A stretch of 64,000 nucleotides of DNA from Vitrella brassicaformis CCMP3155 (GCA_001179505.1 CDMY01000277.1:62001-126000); one strand, 5' to 3'. Positions 1-16,503 are shown, counted from the stretch's first letter. Translations and numbers: made by a program. Notes: generated by a model from the letters alone, not told the origin.

Positions 1-3000
1 GCCTTGTCGACGACATGCCTGACACTTCGCATCATCTGCAGCAGCACGTGGTCGCTGAAGTGCCGGTCGGGCTCGAGGGTGCCCAGGTGGAACTTGAGCC
101 ATCTGCCGAGGTGTGTGAGGGACAGCTGGTTGAGGAGCTTGGTCTGCGCGAATTCGCCGGCGATGAGGTGCAGGGCGGGCGGGGCCTCTGCGGCGTTGCG
201 CTCGATGGCCTCCTGCACCGTCCACTGTGGCTGGGGGTGGATCTGGTGTGGAACCGTCATGCCCTAAGTGGCCACACACACATCTCTGTGTCTGTGTGTT
301 TGGTGTGTTTGGTGTGTGTTCTTCTCTCTCTCTCGCTCACGTCGATCTGTTGCTGCTGCTGTGCGGGAGGGGGTATGTCCACCCACAGGTCGTCAAGCCC
401 GACTGTGTAGGAGCCGTCCCCCCCCTGCAGGCCCGTGGGCAGCGGCGAGCGGTAGATGGGCAGCACCACAGCAATCCCCGTGTCAAAAGGGTTGGGCGCG
501 TTGGCCCCTGCCGCCTGTGGGTGGTGGACGCTCCGCACCGCCACCCCCTGCAAGGCCTCCCACCCGTCGGGGCGGAAGTACACCTGCCAGCAGTAGAGCC
601 CCGCGTATGGCTGGATCTGGTGCTGCCCCAGCTGGTAGCCCTGGATGAGCTTCGACACCGGGTAAATCCGGTTCATCTCAACGGGCTTCTGCCGGATCTC
701 GCGGGTCTCTGTCGTCTGGTGTGAGTGGCGCTCCGGGGCGTCCTGCTGCGACGTCTCTGTGGGTGAGAGGGCACCGTTCTGCGCGGCGGGGGATGGCGCG
801 ACGACTCGCTGGACGAAGGTCACCTGCACCACCTGCAGAGGGGCGTCCGGGGCGGGCAGCTCCACAACGGTGCCGAGCAGGAAGCCGCCCTTGATGGACA
901 CTCGCACCGGCTGACCCACTTGCAATGCAGGCATCTGACACACACACACATACAGAGGGAGAGGGAGAGGGTGTGATGAACGGCGACTCCTCTCTGTATG
1001 TCGTGTCGTGAGACCTACGTGAGGTGGTGGTGTGCGTGAAGTGGCGGGCTGGCTGGGGTATGGCACCGCGGCGTCATCGCGCCACTGCACCGACTGGCCG
1101 GCGTGGCCGGGGCTCGGAGGGTTGGACATCACACCACGCTGCGCCTAACACATGAACGTTGAGCGGCGTGACAAGCAAGGATGTGGTGTGTGGTGTGGTG
1201 TGGGTACCTGGAAGATGGTAGGGAGGGACCTGCCAGCGCCGTTCTCGCCCTGTGGAGCGGCCAGGCCCCTCTCTGGCACGGACCCTCGACGGCTGGTGCG
1301 GCCGGTGGGTTTGCCTCGGATGCGGGGGTTGTGCCCGGTGGGGGAGTTGGGAACCGGCTGCGGCCATCCATCCATCACACACACACACAGATGAGATGGC
1401 GATTGCGTGTGCCGCGCATCGCATCGATGTGGTTGTGGTCGTCACTCTCTGTGTCTCACTCACCATGACTTTGTCGAGGAAGGCGGGATCGTACTGCAAG
1501 TTGTCGGGGAAGATCTCGAGGGCGAGCTCGTGCCCCTCCTTGAGGTTGTCCTCCAGGTTGCCGCCCCACCGCTGCAGGAAACGGTCGCCCGACTCGGGCA
1601 GACGGAATATCGTGTAGTTGCCTGCACACACGCACACACACAGAGAGAGAGAGAGAGAGAGATGTGTTGATGCACCGGTGAGTGGATTGCCAAGGCAGTG
1701 TGTGTGTGGTGGGGAAGAAAGGTACCCGTGACGAGTTCGGTGACGATTTGCATGAGCTCCCTTAGGAAGAGCTTGATGTACTCGCGGCACGACTGAGGCG
1801 CACTCTCCGTCAGATAATCCTCAGCCTGATACCCACCCACACATCCATCACAACACATCTCCCATTTCGCTGTGGCAGCACGTACCTCAGTGATTTTCTT
1901 CTGCAGGTCGATCTTCTTCTTGAGCAGCCGCCGCTCGAGGTGCCCGAGCTGCTCGTTGAGCAGCCTCTGGAACTTGGTGTTGAGCTCCTGCTTGAAGAGG
2001 TCGATGTCGAAGTGCCGGAACAGCTCGGCACCGGTGGTGGGGTCAGAGGGCTCGAACGAGTGCTCCAGCAGCTCAGCCACGTCCAGACGCCCTGCACCCA
2101 GACAGACATAGAGAGTGTGTGTGTGTGGGTGCGTGTGGTGTAGCCAGACCCCATCCTCCCTCCCGACGGACCTTGCATGATCTGCTGCTGCATTCTGTTT
2201 TTGCGTTGGTCGAAGTTGAGGTTTTCCTTCTCCTCTATGGTAAGGGAGAAGAGCTCCAGCAGAAACAGAGGCAGCGCGTTGCCATTCGGATCAGTCACCG
2301 CACGCCTAAATCCATCCATCCATCCATCCATCCGTGTGTTCGTGTGTGTGTGTGTGTGTGTATCAGACGTACTTGTTGACATGGTCGAGCAGCTCGGCCT
2401 GCGTCTTGACGTCGTTCTTTTCGTTCCTGAGGAACTCCTTGGCCCGTGTGCCGACCACAATGGTCTGTTTGCCCTTGAGCCCCAGGCCGCGCGGCGGGTC
2501 CATCATGATGAAGTCCCGCAGCTGCCACGGCCAGTTGGCGGGATCGTCGTTGGCCTTCTTGACCAACACATACAGGTCGTTGGGGTTGTTACGGACGTAG
2601 CCGCGCACCACCGAACGCGTCAGGTCCGCACCTTCCTTCGAATCGTCCTTGATGCCCTGCACGGCACAACCACAACCACACACACACGCACACACACAGG
2701 TAGGTAGGAAACACGTCACGGGCATGGGTGTGTGTGGTTGCGTACAGGAAGGTCGACGAATACGGCGTGGACGCCGCCCGGAATGGCCATCTCCAGCTCG
2801 AGCTCCTCTCTCGATATGGTGGCGGTTTTGCTCATTTCCTCCTTCATGACGCCGTGCAGGTCGCCGAGCTCGATGTCCTTGCCCTGGAAGCGCGCCGTGA
2901 TGTTGCTCGTCTCGGACGGCTTGAGCATGATGATCACTGGGTGGGTCGTGCCCGTCGTGGTCGACGAGTAGCCTATCGGCCCACCCATTATGTAATCCTG

Positions 3001-3540
3001 ACCAATGCACGCACACACACACACACAAGCGCATCAGTGGTATTGCGCCCTGGCGGCACATGTCAGCCACTCCCCCACCAGCAGGGTGGTCTTGCCCATG
3101 GACTGCTGCCCGAAGACGACGAGTCGCGGCATCTCGGCCTCCAGGCCGCCAAGACGCAGCAGCTGAAAGCACTTCTGGTACAACACATTGGCGTCCTGAA
3201 CCAACCACACGCACACACAGTCAGACATGAGCAAAGGCATCGGAAACAAGCGAGATATGGTATTCCTTGCTCCATCTTCTCTGCCAGCCACGCACACACA
3301 CACACGCCCACCCGCACGCGCACCTGAAGTGACTGCATTTGTCCGACGATGGACTTTGCCGTTTCCAGCTTGTTGCTCTGCACATCCTCCAGACCCTCCA
3401 CCTGCACAATCCGAACACACGAGCAAGCACACACACACACAGCAAACACAGCCCACAATCAGCCGCACCAGACAGACAGATACGCCCTCCGATTCGTTGC
3501 GCCCAGGGCATTGGTTGCGCTTAGCGTACCCGAAAAGCAT
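1..3540 (-). CDS. DrpC: Dynamin-related GTPase, apicomplexan DrpC-like; multi-exon, 3' end runs off the window start
   Basis: Spliced exons give MLFGYAKRNQ...VEGLEDVQSNKLETAKSIVGQMQSLQ|DANVLYQKCFQLLRLGGLEAEMPRLVVFGQQSMGKTTLL (G1 P-loop)|DYIMGGPIGYSSTTTGTTHPVIIMLKP (G2)...VFVDLP|GIKDDSKEG (G3), followed by helical middle-domain exons. GT-AG introns are microsatellite-filled. The DrpC subfamily call is from remembered similarity of the G1/G2 region. Confidence 0.85.
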
Positions 3541-3820
3541 GGGAGCTGAAGCGTCCCAGCGCTGCCGTCTCAACTGGTGCCTCCATCTTGCTTGCGGGCA
3601 GTCCCTTCTTTCGCAACAGCTCTCTTCTTTATGCGAGCTTCTTAGCTCGCAGATGCTGCTGAGCGCCGAACGCAGAGAGCAGAAAGCAGACGCGTGGTGG
3701 TGATGCCGCGACGAGAAGCAAACAATATGGTGTGCTTGAAAGTCAGAATGAATCATCGTGATGTTTTTGTGTGCGTGGTGGTCGCTGCTTCCTCGCTACA
3801 GATCTGAAGTTGCCTTGCGC

Positions 3821-4904
3821 ATGCCCCTGGAATGGACGCGCCCTGCCATGCTGCATGAGTGGAGTGGGCTGCCGCTGCTGCTCGTCGCTCTCATCGTCCT
3901 GCTGTCAACCCTCAGCCTCCGCGCAATGCAGAACGAACGGGACCTGATCTACCAGTCTGCCTGGCTGCCCTTGCCGTCTAGGCCGAGAAGAACCATCCCC
4001 TTGCTATCATCGCGCCATCGCCGGCGAAGCGCGCCCCGCCGCTCTCTGCCTCTGGTGTGCCAGGCCAAGGGTGACGCCCCCGACTGGCACGAGCTGGAGG
4101 AGGCCGAGGACATGTACGAGGTCACTGGGGTGTTGCTCGAGTGGGCCGGCTATCGGCTGATGATGCGCGAGGAGCTGGACGCCGTGCTGGCGGTGCAGCG
4201 GCGGGCGGGCAAGCCGTTGCCGCGCAGCAATGCCCCCTGGTACTCGTTGAGTGTGGGCGAGCCCGACATGACGGCCTTCGGGACGTCCAAGTGCCTGGCG
4301 GGTCTGCGCCAGGAGATGCGGCTGATTGAGAACTTCTCGCCGCACTTCGACTCGTCGGCGCTCAACATGACGGACGGCGATGACGTGGAGCGTGTGGGGC
4401 GGTGTGGGGACGAGAGGGGGCCGCACTACCTGGGCATCACGGTGGCCAGCAGCTTGCCCAGCCTGTTTGAGTACTACACCGATGAGTTCCTGCGGATGCA
4501 GCCAAGGCTCTGGCCGGCGGTGGTGCGGGGCCGGTTTCCTGAGGCTGGCGAACCGATGCCAGACCCACCTCCAGAGACGCAAAGTGAGCGGCAATAAGGC
4601 ACACACACACACATGTGTATCGGACACACTGTTTGCTTCTTTGTGTGCTTCTTGCGCGGCATGGACGCGTTCAGATGTGCCGCTGATCCCGTGTTTGGTA
4701 GTGTACGGGAACCTGAAGCGTGTGCAGGCGTGGGCGGCGAGCGCAGGGCGGCTGTATGGTCAGGAAGGGGAGGACCTCTACCGGGTGTGCGAGAAGGGGC
4801 AGGTGCTCGTCCTGGCGAGGCCAGAGTTCAGCGGCGAGAGGCTGGGCAGGAAGGGACGCCTGCAGCAGCAACGCTTCTTCAAGCTCTGGGACGCGCAGTA
4901 CTGA
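3821..4904 (+). CDS. Hypothetical protein with signal peptide plus Arg/Ser-rich transit-like leader (2 exons: ~3821-4583 and 4675-4904)
   Basis: A long ORF with hydrophobic LPLLLVALIVLLSTLSLRA, then basic SRPRRTIPLLSSRHRRRSAPRRS, then a globular-looking region. A phase-1 intron (CAAA|gtgag...ttcag|AT) joins in frame to VPLIPCLVVYGNLKRVQAW...FFKLWDAQY*. The start ATG is uncertain (3761, 3821 or 3848). Confidence 0.7.
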
Positions 4905-6884
4905 CTGGCCAGTGTAGCCAGCCTGTGTGTGTGCAGATCTGTGCCAGATCTTGTGCTTCACATGCATCCGCGAATCGGGCTGACACTTCAGCACGGTCGT
5001 CGTCTTTCTCAGACGGAAGGCGTCCGGGCAAACAAAACGGTCGATCACGGTCGAACCGAAAAAAGAAACACTCACCTTGCACCAGTGCTGTTGCTGACAC
5101 CACCACCACTCACCCAGCGCGTTAAAACCTCGCGACTGCTCCGGCAGATGAGGAAGCTCATCAGCTCGCACGACGCCCGTCTAGGGTATGACATAAAACC
5201 GCTGCAGTCGGAGCCGGCTCTTCCCCAGACATAGGCAAAAGGTGCACGCACGAGTCCTTCCCAGCTTGTCAAGTGTTTGTCACAAGCGACAGCGGATCAA
5301 CATCGAGTCAGAAGAAGGCATGAGGCTGGTCGGCGGCGACGGAGGGCCTGCAAGAAGACGAACACAGGGAGGAGGCAATTGATGCATGTTGCTGGAATGG
5401 TACGTATGTGGGTCCACCTCCATATGTCAGGGTGCGTGCCCGTCATTCTTGACCTCTTGTGGTGGTGACATCCGCCGGCAAGCGTCCAGCACGCACAACG
5501 TGGTCGATCACTCCAGCACACGTTGTTGGTGTCGGTTTGTACATGACAGGTTCTCATTCTGCAACAGTGTTCGTCCATGGCTGTCTGATGCTGTGGCTTT
5601 CAAGCTTTGTGGAGGGTGAGAGGAAGTACATCACAAAATACATCTGATCTTGATGCGACGTGGACATCTCGCATCGTGTTTGTCTATGTGGATCTGTGTC
5701 ACGAGTTCCGCCTCTCCCTCCGACAAGGTGCGTACGAACAGGAAAGAAAAGCAGACAGATAGGAGGACGTTGACATGGAATGTGTGGATGTGTATCGACC
5801 GTCTGCCGCACACACAACCGACCTTTATGTGGGTGTTCCCCGCAAACCAGTGACCACCGCCTCCGCGCGTGTGCGCAGCCGACGTTTGTGTGCATTGTAT
5901 GTGAGCACAAAGTGCTTGTCTTGCTCGTGCTCATGTGTATGTCGATGGATGTGTTGCGTGTCCGTCGATCGGTGCGTACGACTGACTGACTGACTGTCTG
6001 CCTGGATGGATGGATGGGTATGGGAGGAGAAGTGAGCCCTCACATGACATGAGTGATAGTGTCTGTAGCCATTAATGGTGCAGCGTGTCATTGGAGCAGT
6101 CGAAGTGCTGCAAGCTAAGACGTATTGACTGCGTGACGTATGACTGTGTGTCCCTGCCTGTGTGCATGTCTACATGATAAATCCATCCCATCATGTAGTT
6201 AGTGTGGGTATATCATTAGGTGGTTCAATCTGCATGTCTTTGTGTTTTTATTGTGTCTGATGCTGTGGCTTCGTGTGAGTTGGGAGAGGGCAAATCGTAA
6301 GATACACACACACACATACATCCTTCACACACATACTTCACACGCATACTCGGACTGACCGCGTGTCTCGCTCGTCTGCCTGTCTGCATGAGTGCGTGCA
6401 TGTACTCCACACAGACCTTCCTTTGTATATATGGTGTAATCCCAGCGAGTTCCTCCCTGCACTTGACACGCCACAGAATTCACTGAGCTGCTCCTTTTTC
6501 ATGCATTGCAGACCTGACCACATGAGATGAAGCGATGATACCTCTCGACGGCCAATGGAGCCACTCGTGCCAATCACCATCGTACTGCCACTGCAAGTAC
6601 CACTGCCGCCTTCCCCGCCCGATTCGCGGCTCTAAGGGCACCCGCTTGCGGGGGCCCTTTACTTTGAATGCCTCAATGCAAAAGAGTCTCGATGTGTTGT
6701 CCCCCGGGTGCGAGCTCGAGGGTGCATCTGTAGTGAACAAAGCGCTGCGAACTGTCCACACCAAAAGGACAGAGGCGTGATATCAACCATCCAGACGTAT
6801 CCACACGAGGATCTGTTCTGGGTGAGGCGTGACACCCGCTCGTCGCTGGCGGTGCGTTGGCGCGAACGACAACACCCATCCACC

Positions 6885-8106
6885 ATGGCCTCCCTCCTTG
6901 AGAGTGCCAAGCTTGTCTTTGGTGCGTGCCCCTACGAGAAGCCAGCCTACAAGGTGCTGCTCAAAAAAGCTCAGTATGAAGTCCGACAGTACTCCAAGTA
7001 AGCGACGAAGCAGGGGAGGGAGGGAGGGAGATGGTGTTGGCCTCAGGCAGATCTCAGATCTCATTGTGTGTTGTGATTGTCTGTGTGCAGGTACATTGTC
7101 GTGACGTCCAAGTGGTCGGGCGATGAAGGGTCGGCAGGATCTAAGGGCTTCTTCCCCTTATTCAGGTCGGGTCGGCACCACCGCTCTATCAGTCAGGCAT
7201 TTGGTTGCTCTTCCCTTGCTGACCGTGTGTGGTGTGCATGACCGTGTGTGGTGTGCAGGTACATATTGGGTGGCAAGAATGAGGGCAAACCGGCGGCAGA
7301 GGGCGGCCAGCAGCAGCAGGCAGAGAGCATCGCCATGACGGCGCCTGTCATCATGACGGAGAAGAAGAAGCAGGAGCCGCAGCCCGAGACGATTGCCATG
7401 ACCGCTCCAGTGCTCATGACGGGCAGGCAGGAGACCCCCACGACCACCGAGACCAAGCCGGCGGCTACCGAAAAGACCATGTCATTTATCCTGCCGTCGA
7501 AATACCAGTCCATTTCGGAGCTCCCGAAGCCGACGGTGAGTGAGCCAGTGGATGGAAGGAAACACACGGCCGTCGTGGCAGTTGCAGTATGCGTGTGTGT
7601 GGCTTCGGTGTGTAGGAGTCTGGCCTGGAGTTTTCTGAAGTGGCGCCGCAGACGTACGCTGTGATGACGTTCAGCTGGCTGCTCACGCCCAAGGCTGTGT
7701 CGACACACGCTGCCGCGCTGAGAGGTACGGTACACACGTTGCCTGAGTAGAGAGGATGGATGGATGTGCCTTCGATTGCATCCAGAGCTGTGCGCGGCGG
7801 ATGGTGTCGAGTTGGACCCCGATGAGAACAACATCATCACTGCCGGTGGGCGGCACCCACGCACAACCGCACACCGCACCACAGCCAGTCCAATCCAATG
7901 AGCATCTGTCTGTCTCTCTGCCTGTGTGTGTGGTGTGTGGTGTGGGTGTTTGGTGTGCAGGTTACAACCCGCCCTTCACGCTGCCCTTCCTGCGCAGGAA
8001 TGAGGTGTGGATCAGGGTCACCAACACCGACGCACTGCCCAAACAAGAGGAGCACCAGGAGGGCAGCACACAGCAGGGGGAGCAGCCACCACAGCCGGCC
8101 AGCTGA
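6885..8106 (+). CDS. SOUL haem-binding protein (about 6 exons)
   Basis: MASLLESAKLVFGACPYEKPAYKVLLKKAQYEVRQYSK|...GFFPLF|RYILGGKNE...IAMTAPV (twice)...TMSFILPSKY...LPKP|...|GYNPPFTLPFLRRNEVWI. These are the hallmark SOUL/HBP motifs. Confidence 0.92.
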
Positions 8107-8199
8107 GTCAGCTGTGTGGTCGGGGCGGGCGGGACTGTCTTTCCAATTAGGCGGTTATTCTCTCTCTGTGCGGTTGGTGTTTATCGAAAGAGCAAAAGG

Positions 8200-11100
8200 G
8201 GAGGCAGGCACACGTGTGCCGAGCGGGCTGCGTACCTGCCTGTGTAGATCTAGATTGGTTGACTGGCTGGTTGATGGGATGGGGGCTGGCGTAGGACATT
8301 GTTCGCGCAGGTGAGGTGCCTTTATTATTAAGAACACCTGCCTCTTCTCTTCATCCGAGCTCATCGACACACCCGAGCTGATTGACAGAGGCCCTCCCTC
8401 GTGTTTGTGCTTGTCCTGTGGATGTGGATGTGAGGTGGGTGAGAGACCATGAGTGAGTGAGCAGGCTAAGAGCACTGAATGAATGAGACATTAATTCACT
8501 TCACAGGCACACGCATCCAGGCACCGACCGTATGAACACATCAACGAACGAGTCAAGGGAGGGAGGGAGGCTGGTCCACTGGCAGACAGACAGGCAGACA
8601 GACAGACAGACAGACAAGAGAGGCAGACAGACAAGAGAGGGATGGAGGGGAAGAGGCAGACAGACAGGCAGGCAAGATGGCACTCAGGCACCTCACGCAA
8701 ACACATAGCACAAGCAAACAAGCAAGCAGCAAGTCCAGTAATCCATTCGCCAGGCGCCCCCCTTTCTGTCCGTCGCTCCCGCCCTTCCGCCCTCCTTCGC
8801 TGACAAATGACTGGGTGAATGCATCAATGCCATGATCATCAATCAAACAGGGGAGACCTCCTGCACACACACGTGTGCTGCAGTGCATAGTAATACTGCA
8901 GTGTCTGGAGTGTCAGACTGCCACTCCTTCCTTGCTCCCCCCTGTGTGTGTGTCTGCCTGTCTGCCCGCCTGCCTGCCTGCCTGCCCGCCCGCCTGCCGA
9001 CAGCCATATGAATGAATCAAGGAGAGACGAAGGGGCCGTTCGCTCAGCCAGCCAGCCGCCTTCGGGAAAAAACATGGGCAGAGGCAGGCAGGCAGACAGA
9101 CAGACGGTGGGTGTCAGTCATATGCAGTGGGCGGGCCTTGTTGACGCGCCCACACGCAGCTCGCAGCACACGTCAGGGAAGGAATGGAATGGAGCACTCA
9201 ATCACCCACGCACTTACGCAGCTACTAAAGGGAGCCAGCCAACCGGGGGAGTGAGAACAACAGCAGCATTAGAGAGAGAGGGAGACAAGGAGGGGGGAGA
9301 CTACAGGCATCCATCCAAGCATCCATCCATCCAAGCGTCCGTCTTTCCAGCGACGTGACGTGCGTGTGCCAAACATTCTCTTGCAAGTAAGGAAGAGAGC
9401 AAAGGCAGGTAGCGAGGGAGAAATGGCCGCAGCTAGGGCCGCTAAGCTGAAGCCAGTGTGCCAGTCACCTGTCTCTCTGTCTCCGCCTGGGTCGGTCGCT
9501 TGTCCTCTGCCAGCTGCATGTCTGCATGCACTAGGACACCCACACACACCACCCTCCCTCACTCACACGAATGCATTCAAAACACACACACACACGAAAA
9601 GACGCGAAGCAAAAGAACGTATCCACACGCACACGAACACCACACAACTCCACACCACAGCCAGCACACGCACCCACCACCCGCCCACGTGCCATGCATC
9701 CCTGTCTGTCTGTCTGTACGCAGCCAGGCAGCCGTGCAGGGTCCATCCATCCATCCATCGGTGCGTCAACGTGCAGACACGAGCTGTGATGTGGCGGGCT
9801 CGCACGCACACTCCCGTCATGCCGTTGCTTGCTTGCTTGCTTGACTGCCTGACGGGTGGCTCATTCCTATACACCCACACATGCCATGCGCTGCATGGCA
9901 TCGCGAGCCATCCATCCAGCCATGCCCCCATCGTCCCCTGAGTGAGCATTAGGAGGAAGGAGTCAGTACTTAGCTAGTTAGTAGTTAGGATCAGCCAAAT
10001 CCACTCGATCGATCGACACGATCGTACGAGAAGAGGCGTCAGGCATTGTCATTTATCTACAGTTATGACCACTCATCCATCCATCCATCCAATCACCGCC
10101 GCGTCAGCATTGCATAGCATAGCGTACCTTGACAAAAGGACGACACCCACACACCCAGCCAGCCAGCCAGCCAGCCGCAAAGATACCGCCGTTGCTAGCT
10201 AGAATAATGGGTTACATCACCAACACGCCGCCATCATACACACATACGCACACCCTTTCTCCCTTTGCCCCTCCCTTGCCTGTCCGCCTGCTACTACCGA
10301 ATGTACACAAAGAGTTGTGCGTGTGAGATGAGAGTGTGTGTGTGCGATGGCTGCATCGCATCGCATCGAAGGAAAGGATGGATGGGAATATGCATGGCAT
10401 GCAGGAAAGAGCAGTCAGTCAGCAGGAAGGACTCCACCTATACACAGTCACCAGCCGCCCCAACCCCCACCCATCCATCCATCCATCTCATGAATGGCTG
10501 CCTCCCCGCCCTCCAAAAACGGAGGAATGCTATGCTATGCTCGTTTGCGCGCAGACGCCACGCCAATCCGACAGTACACAGACAGCCCAAGCCACAGACA
10601 CGCACAGCACACGGAGATCCCTCTCTGTCTGTCATCTCTCTCTCTCTCTCGTCGCCCTCTATCTCGCGCCTGGTAGGTATTCCTTACCTTACTCAGCAGC
10701 ACATACGCACACACACACACACAGAGAGAGACACCCGAAATAGATACCACGCCCGGCCCGGTATCACGCCCACACTCAGGTACGCCATTCGTCCATGCCG
10801 GCCGGCCAGCCACGGCCATATCGACTAAAGCAAGCAAGCAGGCAAGCAGGGAGAGGAGAGGGGAGGCGGAGAGGAGGCAAAGAGGGCAGGCTAGACAGGG
10901 GACACCGACTGACCCATCCGACACACAGCGCACACACCAACCGAGAGAGAGAGAGAGAGAGAGAGAGATGCATGGGCAGTAGAAGGCGGGCTGACAGAGA
11001 GAAGACGGACGCTCGTTGTTCAAAGAGACGGTGAGTCGCAAAAGAATGAAAAGCGGGCGGGGAGGGGNNNNNNNNNNNNNNNNNNNNNNNNNNNNNNNNN

Positions 11101-13591
11101 NNNNNNNNNNNNNNNNNNNNNNNNNNNNNNNNNNNNNNNNNNNNNNNNNNNNNNNNNNNNNNNNNNNNNNNNNNNNNNNNNNNNNNNNNNNNNNNNNNNN
11201 NNNNNNNNNNNNNNNNNNNNNNNNNNNNNNNNNNNNNNNNNNNNNNNNNNNNNNNNNNNNNNNNNNNNNNNNNNNNNNNNNNNNNNNNNNNNNNNNNNNN
11301 NNNNNNNNNNNNNNNNNNNNNNNNNNNNNNNNNNNNNNNNNNNNNNNNNNNNNNNNNNNNNNNNNNNGGGGGGGGCCGAGCGAATTACACTTTACAGGAG
11401 GCGAAGCAAGCACGGGGGGGACCAATTGAGCATCAAAAAGAAAACAAGAAAAGACGCCGGCCGGTGTGTGTGAAACCAGAGAAAGAAAGAGACTGCGAAT
11501 TACCGAGAAAGTGGGAAATAGTTGATAGACAGAAGCCTAGCCTTCCCCTCAGCAGACTGAGAAAGTGAGCGAGACATCCCCGGCCCCAGCGCAACCCGAC
11601 ACGCCCAGAACACAAGGAGAGCGAGTGACAAGAGAGAGGTTGAAAGAAACAAGGAAAGAAACAAAAAGCAGAGGATCCGAGCCGTGTGGTGGCGAATTAG
11701 AGCAAACGAGAGAAAACAGACGAGCGTGCCCAGCAACAGACAGATCAGCCGTGGGAAACAGTTTGAGAGCGACGGCCGACCTCCCTCCCTCCCTCTTCCC
11801 TCCCTCCCTCTCTCTCTTCCTGTCCGTCTGTCTGCATCTGTGTGTGTGTGTGTGTGCGTGTGTGTGTGTGTAACAGGTGGATCGGTCGCACAAACAAGTA
11901 GGCAAGCAGGGGGGGCAGAAAGACATGCATATGGCGGTGTATATATATGTGTGTGTGTGTGTGTATGCGGACCAATGAACATACATAAAATGGCAAGCGT
12001 GAAAAATACCATCAAGGCAAAGAAGAGAGAGGAGAGAAAGAAAGACATATAACCAGCTCTCGACGTCTGCCTGTGTGTGTGTTCTGCTGGCTTGCGGGCT
12101 GGAAGGATGGATGGATGGACAGGTGGGTGGCGCCGAATTCGGTAGCTAGCCGCGGAGTCAGCTGGGTACGCTTGCTAACACAAAGTATGTCTGTATGTGT
12201 GTATGCGGTGTGACGGCGTGAGAGTCAGGTTAGCTCAGGTTGTGGTATGTGGGTGCTGACGGGCTGGCCAGTTGTCTGTCTGTCTGTGCGCCTTTCCCTC
12301 CCTCCCTCCCTCCCTCTCAAGCAGCAAGCAGGTGAGCCAGTAAAAGTGAGTGTTCGCTCCAAAAGCAATGCAGACAGGCCGGCCATACGCCTGTGCACAC
12401 ACATACACATACACACATACACACATACATATGTCATGGGCCACAGATATCATGTATAGACAGCACACGCACCCAGGCAGGCATCGTCTATCTATCTATC
12501 TACCACAGGTCATCCATCGATCGAATCGAGGCAGGCCTCCTCGTCTCGTCTTTGTCGAGGTTCCTTTATCACTCGTGCGGTCAGCCGCCCATATCCGTCA
12601 TATCCGTCCGTCCACCGTGACTCACACACACTCACACGCATGCATATGTATGGCATCCATGCATCCATCCATCCCTCGTCAGTCCACACACACACCACAA
12701 CGCACATACAGACATACAGACAGACATACAGACATCGATCGACTCAGCCGTCATAGCTATATCTGTCTACCTATGTATCTATCTCTCTATTATATCCACG
12801 CGGGTCGGGGCATCCACTCACACTCACACACATACACATACATACACACATACACACACATCCAGGAAAACAGAAAAAGACACGCATCCATCCATCCATC
12901 CATCCACCTAGGTATTTCACACCACATCGCACAATACACACACTCAGACAGACAGACAGACAGACAGTAGGGCCGAAAATTTATGCAAAGAGACAAGGCA
13001 GACGCTCAGACAGACAAGACAGACCGACAGACGTACGAAGGAAAGGCGAAGGGCGAGGTCGAGGTGCGCGTGGGTGGGACAGAGGGTCCTTTGTCCCCTT
13101 CCATCCACCCAATCGCAACACGCCACCCATCAGCTAGATGCTGTGGAATAGAGAGTCAAGCAGGCAGGCAGGCAAGCAGGCAAGCAGGCAGGCGGGCGGG
13201 CGGGCGGTGTGTGTGTATGAGTGTATCCACAACGAACGCAGTGGCAGACATCCATCAACGCATCAATCCATCCTTCCACCCACAGACCGAAAAGTAAGAA
13301 TGGCGCCACTCGCTCAGTCAGGCAGCGACAAAAAATGGGCGGCAGGCAGGCAGATCGATCCATCGATGGGGCGGGGCGGTCGGGAGAAGTGGACAGACAG
13401 ACTGACGATGCCGTCGTCCATCCGTACGTCATGGTAGATCGAGTTGGATCACCAGACAGACGAGACAGAGCGACAGGCACCATCCATCAGCTCGTTCCTT
13501 CTCTCTCTCTCTCTCTCTCTCCTGGCCGGCTCCCTCCCACATGCAGCCCACAGCCCGCCCACTTGCGTGAGTCATTTCCCTCGAGTCGATT

Positions 13592-13626
<35 letters not shown>

Positions 13627-13800
13627 GATGAGATGAGATGAGATGAGACGAGCATCGTGAGAGTGTGGACAGGCGAGAGAGTGAGAGTGAGTGCAAGAGT
13701 GAGACGGATGGGGTAGAGAACGAATGGGCGGATACGCCACGGCAGACGCGCGGACGGACGGACAAACACGGCTGGCTGGCTTGCTGGCTGCTGGTAGGCT
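8200..13800. repeat. Microsatellite-rich, apparently non-coding interval (CAGA, GGAT/ATCC, GCAG, GA, CA, GAGAT tracts)
   Basis: Dense simple repeats; the ORFs here translate to repeat-derived peptides (HTHT, CLSV, WMDG) with no coherent exon chain. Confidence 0.7.
11068..11367. other. Assembly gap (300 N)
   Basis: Run of N flanked by G-rich tracts. Confidence 0.99.
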
Positions 13801-13828
13801 GTGGTGTGTCCATCAGTCCATCCATCCA

Positions 13829-16503
<2,675 letters not shown>

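Noticed and set aside
4929-5700. Possible minus-strand exons (GTGAG donors near 5072 and 5112; peptides such as DRPFCLPGRLPSEKDDDRAEVSARF)
   Set aside because: I could not assemble a phase-consistent, stop-free exon chain or recognise any motif. It remains possible but unsupported.
10535-11429. ORFs spanning the N run (also 47737-48852)
   Set aside because: Length is inflated by N codons; artefacts of assembly gaps.
8491-13740. Many 60-200 aa ORFs (HTHTH, CVCVC, WMDG, CLSV peptides)
   Set aside because: Translations of CA/GT, GGAT and CAGA microsatellites, not proteins.
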